Assembly: GCA_002245135.1 (NCBI GenBank)
Contig: NGBS01000877.1
Location: 186,001 to 246,725 of the forward strand
DNA from: Proteromonas lacertae
Taxonomy: Eukaryota
Length of the DNA: 60,725 nt
Reading direction: 5' to 3'
The position numbers were made by a program, and so were the translations under genes. Positions 26,703 to 39,561 of the stretch are shown here, one piece after another. A model generated the notes under the pieces. The model was not told where the DNA came from, searched no databases, and saw nothing but the letters and a program-made list of their open reading frames with translations. Numbering within the stretch: the stretch's first letter is position 1; each line of letters opens with the position of its first letter.

Positions 26703-27811
26703 ATGCAACACGTATGAGATTAATAATTATTATTATCTAATTATAGCGTATTACCATTGCTATTTGTTTAATTGCCCTTTGTTGTAGTGCTTGCGCTGTA
26801 AATCGTATAACATTTTTCTTTTATAGTTGTATAGCTCGTCGTGCTGATGATACAGAAGCTCCAATAACTCAATCACCAACTACGCAAGCACCAACACATT
26901 CACCCACAACTCCAGCTCCAACTACTCAAAAACCAACTACTTTAGAACCAACTACTCAAAATCCAACAACCCAAGCACCAACAACTCCTAAACCAACAAC
27001 TCCTAAACCAACAACTTTAGAGCCAACAACTGTAAAACCAACAACTCCAGCACCAACAACTCCTAAACCAACAACACAAAAGCCTACAACTCTAGCTCCA
27101 ACAACTCCAGCAACCCAAGCACCAACAACTCCAGCACCAACAACACCAGAGCCAACAACTGTAAAACCAACAACTCCTGAACCAACAACTCCAGCACCAA
27201 CAACTCCAGCACCAACAACCCAAGCACCAACAACTCCAGCACCAACAACACCAGAGCCAACAACTCAAAAACCAACAACTCCTGAACCAACAACTCCAGC
27301 ACCAACAACTCCTAAACCAACAACACAAAAGCCTACAACTCTAGCTCCAACAACTCCAGCACCAACAACCCAAGCACCAACAACTCCTAAACCAACAACT
27401 TTAGAGCCAACAACTGTAAAACCAACAACTCCAGCACCAACAACTCCAGCACCAACAACTCTAGCTCCAACAACCCAAGCACCAACAACTCCAGCACCAA
27501 CAACACCAGAGCCAACAACTCAAAAACCAACAACTCAAAAACCAACAACTCCTGAACCAACAACACAAGCACCAACTACTTTAGAGCCAACTACTTTAGA
27601 GCCAACTACTCAAAAACCAACAACTGGATCACCAACAGCTGAACCAACTACAGAAGCACCAACTGATAAACCAAATGATTCAACAGGTATTAGTGTTTAT
27701 ATAGGAGCTGGTGTAGGAGCAATTGTTATCATAGCTATCGCAATAGCTATTGCATGTATTGCTAAACGTAAGTGTTCAAAGAAAAACAATGAATTATTAT
27801 TACCAAAGTAA
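26703..27811 (+). CDS. Type I membrane mucin-like protein with PTTxx pentapeptide repeats (missed by the ORF track)
   Basis: ATG at 26703; intron 26712-26746; hydrophobic signal ITIAICLIALCCSACA; probable 30-bp intron 26805-26834; Thr/Pro stalk; TM segment VYIGAGVGAIVIIAIAIAIACIA, then KRK and TAA at 27809-27811. Confidence 0.9.
26876..27664 (+). repeat. 15-bp minisatellite CCAACAACNNNNNNN, about 52 units with higher-order blocks
   Basis: Directly visible period-15 array encoding PTTPA/PTTPK/PTTQK/PTTLE/PTTPE. Confidence 0.95.
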
Positions 27812-27931
27812 GAATGACTTTATTAAATGTTTTATGAATTAAATATTTTCATTTATTATTGTTTGTATAAATTATAAAAGAGAAACATTTAAAAAACAAT
27901 AAATAAATCAAATAATAAATCAAAATATTCA

Positions 27932-30900
27932 CTATTTAGGTGGATCCCATAATCTGATTGAATGATCAAGAGAAGAAGAGACTATATAATTCAAATCTGG
28001 ATGATATAACAACCCTGTTATTTTATTTTCATGTCCATATAAACACCACTGATTTGAAGGATCTTTTAAATCAAATACTATTCAATATAATAAATACACA
28101 ATATTATACATTTTATTTCACCATTAGCACAACCAGCAACCATATAATTGTCATATGTAACAATTGAACTAACAGTAGAGCCAGTATTAGATATTTTGTA
28201 ATTATTTAAAATCTTTACAGATGAATTAGATACACTCCATTGTCTAACGATTGAATCAGAATATCCAACAAATAACGAATCAAATGGATGAATAGCTGTA
28301 TCATAAAACCCATAAGGTAATCCATTAACATTTTGACATACTAATTCACTAACCATTGACTTGGAATGAGGTACTTTTAAAGTCTTTGAATTTTGACCAG
28401 ATAAATTCCATATTCTCACTGTTCCATCTTTAGAACCAGACATAAATTTCTTAGAAGATCTTATCTTATCAACAATACTAACTCCACCTCTATGTTGTCT
28501 TAATATTTGTCGACTATCAAGCTTTCTCAAATCGATTAAACTACATGTATTATCTTTAGAACCACTTAATACCATTGTATCAATACAGGATAATCCATTT
28601 ATACTATCTTTATGACATTTATATTCTTTTGTAATTGTTCTTTTTTGTCTTGGATCTATTATCAATATATTCCCTTTATTATTTCCACATATTATTATAT
28701 TTATATCTGATGTTTGATTATCACAATACATACATTTTATTGATTCTTCTCTTGGACATTCTATATTTAATAATATTTTATTTGTTTCAACATCCCATAT
28801 ATTGATATGACCATGAAAATGACTTGATATAACCTTCATTCCACTGTTGTGATATAAAACATCTGTTATTTCATCATCACATTTTATTTTTCCCATTCCA
28901 TACATATCTTTTGTTCTTGTTACAGGTATTACACTGATTGTGTTATTACTAGTTGTTGCTATACAATATGGTGTTGTTGTGTGTAAAGGTCCCCATATTA
29001 ACTTCATTATATTTGAATCAGATTCAGGTATGGTTATTACTATTGGTTGCATAATATGTGAGTGAAATAAATCATTGTTTAAACTTTGTCTTATTTTCAT
29101 TCCTCTATATATTGATTGTATTGTTAAAGTTGCTTCTTCTAATGTCATTGGTATTATACTTTCATCACTTCCATCACCTAATGATACTTCTGTTCCTCTT
29201 CTTTGTCTTTTTATTACATTTGCACTGACTATATTCCTATTAGTTACATCTGCACTTTCTGCTTGTCTGTGATACAATGATGTGTATCTGACCTTTTGAA
29301 TTGCGGTTACACTTCTCATCGTTTGAGGTTGTTGAGGTTTATACCTTCTAGCAGATGGATGGAAACATTCATCAGGTGACTAAATAATAAATATAAAACA
29401 TACTTCTCTTGATTTCTCTAAAGTACTGCCATCAATGGAAAGATCCAATTGATCTGAAGGATGTGCATTAATTGAAGGAAAGTTACTAGGAGGTGGCATA
29501 TCAGAATGTTTTGTTGATTTGCATGGATGCTTTAATGAATTTGGTCTTGAATCATTCTTTTGGGAATGAGTAGATGCTATTCCAAGTGATCTATAAATAT
29601 TAAGAAATAAAGAATATACTTTTTAGAAGAACTTGTAGAAATTGGAGGTAATTCTGTTGATACTGGTGTTGAAGCATTTTTTGTTGGTAATTTTGTTGGT
29701 GATTTTGTTCTTGTTGGTTTTTGCAATGCTTCTTTTGGTTCATTTTCATTTTGATGTTGTTGTTGTTGTTGTTGCTTTATTGTCACACTTTTTCTTAGTG
29801 TTTTTGTATTTTCTATGGCTATTGGTGTAGACACTAATTCTGGTTGATTGATTATCATTGTGTTATTATTGGAATTGATTATTACAGTATCATCAATTAT
29901 ACTAGTTTTTCCTATGTAATAATAGTATTTAAGAATATATACTCTTTACATCAGAATTAGGTGAAATATTGATAAAATCTATTCAATATAATTACATATA
30001 TTAATAATGATCATACCATCTTCAAATTCTTCAGAATCATCATCAATTGGCGAAGGTATCTTTTCCACATTAATTTCTTTCTTTTTCTCACCTTTTGGTA
30101 TGGAAAATGGTAGAATTGGTCCTTTCTTCCACGATAAACCATTACTATCATCACCAAACTCTTTTACAGAAGCCGTAGCTGGTCTTGGTAATTCTACAAT
30201 AGGTGGAAACATACTTCCTTGATTATCGCCATAACTATCAATCTTAACTTTAGCAATATATGGATGTAATAGCAATGCAGTAACTGATGGTCTTTTACTT
30301 GGCTCCCTTTCTAAACATAGTCTAATAAAATCCAATACATCTGCTGGAATTGTATGTGGTAATTCAGGTAATACCGCATTATTAGCTATATTAAACATCG
30401 CTGCTATTGGGCTGCTGTATTGTTGCCATGGTGGTTTACCTGTCGTCATTTCAATCATTGTACATCCTACACTCCATATATCTGCTTTTAACCATCCTTG
30501 CTCTTGACATTCTCCTTTTATTACTTCTGGAGCCATCCACAATGGTGTTCCTTGTAGTTTACTTTTCTCTGTCTTGTGAAATTTGAATCTTTTACTTGAA
30601 CCAAAATCTGAAAGTTTTAATGTTCCATCATATGATAGTAATAAATTTGCACCTTTGATATCTCTATGTGCAATTCCATTTCTATGTAAATACTCTAATC
30701 CAAGTAATATTTGTTTGCAATATGACTTTAAAATATCACCTTCTATTATACCATATTTTTGTAATCTCATTTTAATACTTCCACCAGCTGCATATTCAAG
30801 AAATATATTTAAATATGGTAATTCTATTTGTACACCATAATACTGTATTATATGTGGATGGTTAAAACTCATTAACATTGTTATTTCCCTTTCCAAAGAC

Positions 30901-31488
30901 ATCTATTAATAAGTTTTAAATATAAAATATAAAATATATATACTCTTTGATAACTATCATAATCAGTTATTTCTATTTCTTTTACAGCCATCATTTTACC
31001 CAATGGCAATGAAAACCCTAAGTATACATTGCCTGTAGCACCAGTCCCTAATATCTCTGCTTTTTTCCACTTAATTAAAGTGGTTTGTGGTATATTGGAT
31101 GTTTCTTGTTTTATATTATTTACAACTGGTAAAGATGTGTGTAATAAATCTCTTTCCGTTGAAAAGTTTTTTGGTAACGTTTCAATTTTGTTGATTATTA
31201 CTTTTACTGTACCAGTATTAGACCCTAGTAGTTCATCCAAATCATTTTGAGTCTCAAGTGTTATAGTATCATTATCTTGATCCAAATACCTCAAAGAAAC
31301 AGGAAATCCATAATCATCTGATAATCTCGATTTTAACGATTCTATTGTAGTAGTCTCATCAATTACTACTACTCTAAAAGATCCATCGTATTTACATTTC
31401 AGTCTATAACAGATTAGATAAAAAATATATCTTACCTTAGTACTCTTCCTCCATTCGATGTAAAAGAAGCTGATTGAGATACATCCAT
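27932..31488 (-). CDS. MAP3K (STE11/MEKK-like) with N-terminal PB1 domain, IQ-like motif and C-terminal WD40 propeller
   Basis: RLKCKY...YLDQDNDTITL (PB1); LGTGATGNV, MAVKE, HRDIKGAN, DFG, GTPLWMAPE; IQSIYRGMKIR; WD repeats ending IRLWD; in-frame splicing links all the ORF fragments. Confidence 0.88.
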
Positions 31489-31678
31489 TCTTGAAATGAT
31501 TATCTAATTTTTCATTCAAACAAAAAAGGTATTAATAAAAATGACCGTTTCAATCTATTCAAAAACCAAATAAACAGTGAAGAACTAAAAATATTATAAA
31601 AACAAATAAAATTAACCATAAAATCGACATACATAAATTATACATCTATACAACTTAAGATTATAAAGGATTTTAGTA

Positions 31679-32235
31679 TCATTCAATAATTGAATTTGTA
31701 AATGTATTTGCGTCTACATCTTGACACCATGACATATCCACTCTTCTAGTTGGTTCAATCTTCTTTAAAACAACATACAAACTAGAACCAGCTAAAATCT
31801 ATACAATATAGTCACAACTATATAGCATGTTTATTATACACTAAATGCACCACCAGCTATAGCAAATATCATTCCAAACATCCTGTAAGTATCGTGGCAT
31901 AAACCAGAACAAGGAATAAAATATCCAAATAAAAAGCACAAACCAAAAGTAACTCTAAAATAAAATAGTGATATACGTTACAACCAGATTAACAAGTGAA
32001 TATAGAGCGAAATATTTTAATCCCGTATAATCATCAAATTCTGCCGCATAAGAGCCTTCTATAGTGGCAATTACAGTAATTATCCCATAAACTGAAGACC
32101 ATTCACTTCTCACCCAAATTATACACACACCGGCCAAAAACTGTAATGAATATATAGAGAATAATTAAATACGTTATATATAAACGCTATTACAGACACA
32201 ACAAACGTATTAGTCCCTGAAATAAAAGGTTTCAT
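31679..32235 (-). CDS. Small multi-pass membrane protein, hypothetical
   Basis: ATG at 32235; three GT-AG introns join hydrophobic exons; last exon ends ...FTNSIIE-TGA. Confidence 0.6.
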
Positions 32236-32511
32236 GTTCAAACATAATCAAGCTTATTTTTTCTAAGTAAAGTTTTACAGAAGAATATACATATTTTATG
32301 TTTTTTTTTGTTTTAAGTAGACTATTATGCGGTAGTATATATCACTACAATTAAAAAGAATACTCCCTTTTTAAATATCGCGTTATATGTTGATATTCAT
32401 ACCAATAAATTCACTCACAAAACAGTACTACCTAATTCTACATAATTATGGAGAAAAAAAGAGAAAAGCAATATTTGCTCAAGCTTCAAACTTAAAATCG
32501 TCATAAATAAA

Positions 32512-35436
32512 ATGTGTTTTTCAATTTTTAGGTTGTTGCTATGTATATTTTTTTCTTTCTATACCTTTATTAGTAACTTTGTTGTTGACTGGGTGTTTAA
32601 CATCGCAAGGCCTCAGGAAGGAGAGTATTCTATTCATTATTGTCACATCTTAGATAAGCGAGCTCTCCAGAGTGGTTACAAAGCAATGCCAAGTGATATG
32701 GCTGTATTTGGATCGGGATTTCAGGAATATAAATACTATACCTCAAAATATTATAACCACGAATATGATTATAGCTATGGTAAATTAATTTTATTTGCCT
32801 CAATAAATAGAACTGATTATGGTATATATATATTATATATATGTAGATGGTTATACTGTTTTTGAAACATTTGAACAGTATGTCAATATGACTGGATTTT
32901 ATTATCCATATATGAATGGAGCACCATGTGGAAATGGAGGATTTTTGCAGAAAGATGACTATATAGCTTGTGGACAAGAGTATCCTTCTGTGATTCAATT
33001 CCAAAAAGAAAAAGTATGTTTTGCTGTAGATAGTACAAATACTTTAACAAAAATGAATTGTAATAATCCAACTCAACCTGATGATGGTGATTGGGGAGAT
33101 TTAGGTCGAAGACAGTTACAATTTGGTGCAATGATGTATGTAATGAAAAGTGAAGAAGAAGTATTAAAGCAATTATTAGGTTATTTTGGTGATCTTCCCG
33201 TTTATAGCGCTTTAGGTGAAGATGATGGAACTAAAGCAGAGTCTTTCGATAATAATAATAATAACAACTTTATTCTATCCAAGAATTCAATGTATATGTA
33301 CAATGATGGTTATAGTTATTCTGTTCATAAGAAGTTAAATATTAATAGAAAAAATGTTAATGATGCTACAAATGCTCAATATCCATCATATACTGAAGTT
33401 ATTGTTGTAGGTTACAGTGAAGATTCAAAAGTCAAAATCAATTCAAACAATTATGCCACAAAATGGCATTTGGAATTAAAGGAATATACATATACAGAAA
33501 TTAAAGGAATTATTAACGAAACAGAATTTAAGACAATATTTAAATCTGTTGATAATTTTGTTATGGTTAAAATTGGACAGATTGCTTACATTAAAGATGG
33601 AGATGTAGTAAATGATATTTATACACATACTATTATTAGTATATATATATATATAATATTTATATCATTTTATAGATTATAATGAAGCTGATAGTGATAT
33701 TAATGAAATACTTGGTATTCCTAATGAATATGAAGGAATTGGTGTAGTTAATGGTATATATAATGAACAAAATTCGCAGTTTATATTATTCCATAATACT
33801 TATCGATTGGAATTGAAGAGAACAGCAAATCTTACTTATTATGAATCAGTTGCAGTTAGAAGAAGAGACTCAAGTATAATAACTATATTGTTTATATATA
33901 TATAAATATATATAAATAGGCAGTTATACAAGATATGATTTAACATTGACAAGAGATGATATATCTTCAGGAATATTATTTAATACTGAATATTATTTAG
34001 AAAGTGTTTGTGGAGAAACATATACTGAAACTGGATTCTATTCATTTAATCAACTAAAAGAATGTAAAAACTATGAAGAAAAGATAGGTGAATATTTATC
34101 TGATGTAGTTGTAAATAATCCAATTTGTGTAAAGATAAGAAAGAGTGATAATGTATTATTAATAGATAATGGTTGTAAATTTAGTAATTATGAAGAAATT
34201 CCATCCGAATCTATTCATATATATCCATTAAGTCAAATCGAAGAAATAAAATCTACCAATTTAAAACCCAAAACATACAATGTATATTCTTTACCCAGTG
34301 ATATTGGTTTATATTCCTATTCCAATGATGAATCCGATAGAGGAAATACAATATTATATCATTCATTTACTAATGATATTTATATGAGTGTAGATAAAAG
34401 AAAAGAAAGAGTATATTCTACAATTCAAACTACCAAAATGGAGAGAAAGAATTATGATTATATGAGTGTATTTAAAATGAATGAAATAGATAAGAATCAA
34501 AGTGGTTTGATATTTTATGATATTAATGGATTTACATCCTGTTGTAAAAGTGCAAGTGACTTAGAGAATAATAAATTCTACAATATAAATGATTTGAATG
34601 ACAAATGTGTAGATTGTGAAGATTTTCTTACTAGTAATTTTGTTTTAGATGAAGATATTTGTTCAACTATACCATCACAATCTTCTTTAAGTGGAAAAAT
34701 CGTAAATTGTAAAGATGCATCTGAAGAAATAGAAGATGGTTATGAAATAAAAACAATTTATTTCATAGAAAGAGAGAATTATAAAATGATAAATGGTAAA
34801 TATCCAGACGCAATTCCTACTTATGCAGTTCCAAAATCTTCAATATTATATCGAAAAGAAAGTAGTGATGATTATGAAAGAAACTATACTTTACATGATG
34901 ATTATGTAGAAACTGAAGTTGATATAAAATTGGATAGTATTTTAGGTGCTGTATCGTTTTTAATAGTACATAATTCAAGCAAAACTGATGTATTAAATAA
35001 TGAGACAAACTATATGTATACAACATACACTGTGAAAGATGTCAATAATGAAAAGAGTGGTGTTGTAATTGATGAAACTCTAAAAGCGTCAATAACAACA
35101 TTCTATGGTTGTCCTGAGAATATAACACTTGGATTTATAACAATGAAAGAATTAGAAGATGTTTGTAGTGAAGGATTGGGTAGATTAGAAGATTTATTGA
35201 AAGAATATAGTTTAACAGGTAAAATATATAAAATAGGATTAAAAGAAGAAAATGGAAAAATTGCTTATGAATTGAATGATAATTTATTATTTGATGAAGA
35301 TAGTGTAAGTTATACAATAAGTAAGGATTCTTCTACTGATGGTGGAAGTAAAGATGATTCAACTTCTAATGATAGTAATTATATTATGCCATGTTTAATG
35401 ACATTATTATTATTACTTTCAATATTAGTTCTTTAA
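32512..35436 (+). CDS. Large Tyr/Cys-rich surface protein with signal peptide and GPI-like C-terminus
   Basis: Spliced N-terminus MCFSIFRLLLLTLLLTGCLTS; five short introns join the three ORFs; C-terminus has an S/D/G spacer then YIMPCLMTLLLLLSILVL. Confidence 0.75.
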
Positions 35437-35563
35437 TGATAATACTGATTTAAAAACTTAACGAAAATCTATTATTCTATTATAAATGATATTTCACATA
35501 TAGTTTGTGTGTTTTTGGATGTTAGAAATACAAACTAAATAAAAGAAATAGAAAAATATATAG

Positions 35564-37081
35564 TTAATTAACAGAATTACAAGTTTGATAAGACACTTTC
35601 TTTAATAAACTAATTGTATCATCAAAGCATTTCTTTATCACAAATCTAGCAAATAGTTTAACTGCCTTTTTACTTTCAAATTCTTCTAAATCTTCATATA
35701 AAGGATATGTATCATCTTGTTCATCAACAAATGGTTTTTGATAATTTTTAAATTCTAAATTGGGGGTATATTTATTATGATTTTCTATTCTATTATTAAC
35801 ATCATCACCATGTAAATTCATTGCTTTTACTTTCTCGTTTGGAGATACAACTACATCATTTAAATATAATAAATTCGATAATCTATAAATCACTCTTAAT
35901 CTGAAATATGTCCTTGTTATTATGGGATTATCTAATATTCTTAATTTTCTTAAATACTGTAATGGAATTAATGAATCCATTTTGAATAAGCCATCAATCA
36001 AATTATTTGAAACATCTAAATCTTGAAGTGATGATAATTTCTATATATAAATATAAAAACATTTATATATATACTCCAATTTCACTGATTTCTAAGAATT
36101 TATTATAGGATAAATCCAAAGATATTAACTTCGTTAAACTACTAAGATTTGTAACTTTACTGATTTTATTATGTGATAAATTTAATGTTTTTAAATTCAA
36201 ATCATCTAACCCAGAAATATCTTCAATTACATTATAAGACAAATCCAAAGTAGTGAGATATTTTAATTCATGTAATCCTTTAATCAATTTAATATTATTA
36301 TGATTTAATATAAGTGTATTTAAGAATCTATGTTGAGTTATATCTAACATTGAATAAATATGATTATATGATAAATCACAATATTCTAATAACGATCCAA
36401 TTCCTGGTTTTTCTTCACTCCATTGTTTATTTGCATTATAATCTAATAGTTTTGATATTTTGTTATGGGCTGCATGTAGTTTTACTAATTGTACAGTATC
36501 TTCAAGTGGTGTTAAATCAACAATTTCATTATTCTCAATATTGATTTCTTGAAGTTCTGGATAACTACGAAGTAATTCAATTGATGTTATATTTGCATTC
36601 TATTTTTATTATAAAGATATTATATATATTATACTGGTAAATCAAACATAGTATAAACATATGAAAGTAAATTTGGACTTAAAACAATATTCTTTAATCC
36701 ATGCTCAGCTTTTTTCCTATTAAGTGGTCCTCTTGTTGTATCTAGAGGCTCTTCTTCACTTTCTGGCTCATCTTCTTCTTGTACTTCTTCTTTTTGTTCT
36801 TCTTTTGTTTCTTCATTATTATTTTCTTTATTTTCTTCATTTTTCATTTCTTGTTCTTTTTGCTCATCAAACATATTTTCATTCTGATCTAATTTAGATT
36901 CATTTATTTGATCAATTTGATCTTGTATTTCTTTTGGAGAGTGTTTTGCTGAATTTTTTCCAGAAGATCTAGCAGATCCTTTTGCAGAGCTTTTACCGGA
37001 ACTTTTACCTCTTGGACTATTAGAACCTGATCTACTTGAAGATTTCCCTTTAGATTTTTTCGATTTATCTTTTCCTGGCAT
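35564..37081 (-). CDS. SDS22-type leucine-rich-repeat protein resembling the LRR region of LRGUK/LRRC23 (axonemal)
   Basis: Repeated L..LDLS.N.I..I.GL; cap NPI....YFRLRVIYRL..L.YLND..V...EKVKA.N; basic then acidic N-terminus; two introns. Confidence 0.8.
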
Positions 37082-37117
37082 TATAAATAGAAAAAATATA
37101 TATTTTGTAACAGTAAT

Positions 37118-37124
37118 GGCTTGA
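37118..37124 (+). promoter_or_regulatory. GGCTTGA motif in a 68-bp bidirectional spacer
   Basis: Lies between the ATG at 37081 (-) and the ATG at 37150 (+). Confidence 0.5.
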
Positions 37125-37149
37125 GCTTCAAATCACATTTTATTTTGAA

Positions 37150-37490
37150 ATGGAGTGTTTATCAATTGAAATAGACATTTATAAAGATAAAAAACAAATA
37201 TATCATGAATTTCAAAGCACAGAACATATACATCCAACTCAAGAACAGCTTCAATATGATGGTAATAATGACCTACCAATGTTAAATGAAACACCAGAAT
37301 TGAAATTAGCATATGCAATTGATGTAAGATATTATAAAATTATGATTTTTAGGAATTGAAGAAGAAATCAGGTACTTTTCTAGGAACAGAGATTGAGAAG
37401 AATAAATCTGCAGAAATTGTATAGATAATATTTATTGAACATTAGGGGCATGTTAATAAGAAGCAAAAGATAGAAAAGGAAGATGAATGA
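37150..37490 (+). CDS. Small protein of about 95 aa, possibly GON7-like
   Basis: Introns 37324-37352 and 37419-37445 give ...LKLAYAIDELKKKSGTFLGTEIEKNKSAEIGHVNKKQKIEKEDE-stop. Confidence 0.65.
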
Positions 37491-37574
37491 GATTATTTTC
37501 TTTATACTAATTTAATGATGTTATTTTTTTGTGTTTAAATACAAATTTAAAACAACAATAATAAAATGAAAACA

Positions 37575-39416
37575 TTAAAGTGTATAAAGAACACTAGATT
37601 GTAATACATCATTCATTTCAACATTTGAATACTTATAACCTATTGATTTACTACATTCACTTACTTTCATATCAACGACATCTTCTTGTATAACAACTAA
37701 ATCACCACAACTACACCTCATTGTCAATAAATCACCCTTACTACTCTTTAACTGTATAGAAGGAGTATATATATATGATAATTGATCATATTCATGATAA
37801 TGAAATAAACAAGTCTTACTTGGAGTAATAGCAATGAATAATGAATTCATATTACTTCTTATTCTTTTATGTGATGTTTTTGGTCTTACTATTAATTCAC
37901 TTATATCATTATTATTATTGCCATTATCTTTAACAGTATCTTGTTTTATTATATCATTATTATCTAATCTTCTTTTTATTGGTACATTTATATTTTTATC
38001 TATTTCTTTTTCTTTTTCATTATCAATTACTATTGAATAAACATCTTCTTTATTCATTATCATTTCTTCTTCATTCTCTACTTTTTCCACTTCTTCTTCA
38101 ACTATTAATATTTCTTCTTTTCTACGGTTATTATTATTATTATTCAATTCATTCAGTTTATTATATAATAATTGAACTTCATCTCTGTATTTAGTCCCTT
38201 GTAATAGATATAAATATGAGTTTAATTCATTGATCTTATTTCTATCATATTTAATTTCATTAATATAATCTAATATATATTGTAATGAAGATGTTCGTGT
38301 GAATAAATTATCTGATTTTAACAGCAATATATTTTGTTTCATGATATTATAATTATTGTCTTTATCATCTTCTTCTTCATTAATAATAGTATTATCTATT
38401 GATAGATTCAATCTCATATTATTATCATCTGATAAAGTAGTTGTTGCTGTAGGAGGAATACTGTCATTATATTTATTAATTGAATGTCTTTCAATCCATT
38501 TATCTTCATCCGATATATTATTATTGTATTTATGATATTGATAATTATTATAATATTTAGATATTTCACTTTCTTCACTATTATTATTATTATTATGAAG
38601 CGGTGGTGGTGGTGGTAATGATATATCTTGCTGTTGTATATTATCAGTATTTGTAATAGACATAAATCTATTAAATATATCTCTCTTCTTATTACCATAT
38701 ATTTGCTTGGCTTGAGAGAATGTTGAAACATATAATGGTGATTGAGATTGAGGAATTGGAATAGTATTACTACAATTATTACAACTGTTTATAAATGGTG
38801 ATTGTTGTAAGATATTATTATTATTATTATTATTATTACTGATATGATATGGTGATTTAGTAATTGGTTGTTGTGCAACTTCTTCAACATAAGGTTCACC
38901 AAATGTACAGATATTAATTTCACTTCTAAATATAATATAAATATAGTATATAACTTACCCATTATCACTCTTCCTTGTATCTATAACGAATGTATTAATT
39001 ATATATATATATACATTCATATGTTGGAATATCATTGGAATTATCTTCTTCCTCTATATACGAGGGTTGAAACTTGTGCTTTGGTGGTGTACACATGATT
39101 TGCTGCGTCATTTCTCTTACTGGACGATACTGTTGAATATTTGGATCTTCATTTTCATTACTTGCAATTCTCTTCTTTGGTATAGTGAATGTGTGCTTAT
39201 AAGCTTCAAGACTCTTAATGTCCTTAATATAAATGAAATAAAGTTATTCTACTTGAGATTTGCTTGTATCATATGATTTTGGGACATTCATTTTGTTTAT
39301 AACCACTCTCTGGCTGTAAGCTTTCTTCAATTTATCTAAAGACTTCTTTTTACTGTAACTCTTTCTAATATTATAAAAAACACTACATCGTACCTTAATC
39401 CTCCAGTCCAATTCAT
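37575..39416 (-). CDS. Asn-rich low-complexity protein starting MNWTGGLR
   Basis: ATG at 39416; several short introns lead into the 362-aa ORF; internal exon boundaries not all resolved. Confidence 0.6.
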
Positions 39417-39561
39417 AATATCAGCGAATCAGTCAACAAGTCAGATAAAAATTAGAAAAATATTAAAAAAAGGATCAAATCAGAATCAAATATATTGTTA
39501 TTTAAAAACCAAAATAACATGAAAAGAAAAACTAAGATTATTATAACATTTTTAATATATT

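Noticed and set aside
27084..27575. Minus-strand Leu/Val-rich and Cys/Trp-rich ORFs
   Set aside because: They are antisense shadows of the PTTxx mucin repeat; the plus strand has a signal peptide, TM segment and introns.
26876..27664. CRISPR-like array
   Set aside because: The period is 15 bp with no unique spacers, the array is coding, the context is eukaryotic and there are no cas genes.
38100..38840. (TTA)n, (TA)n and (TTG)n microsatellites here and in many introns
   Set aside because: They are explained by poly-Asn/Gln codons and AT-rich intron composition, and are not mobile or telomeric elements.
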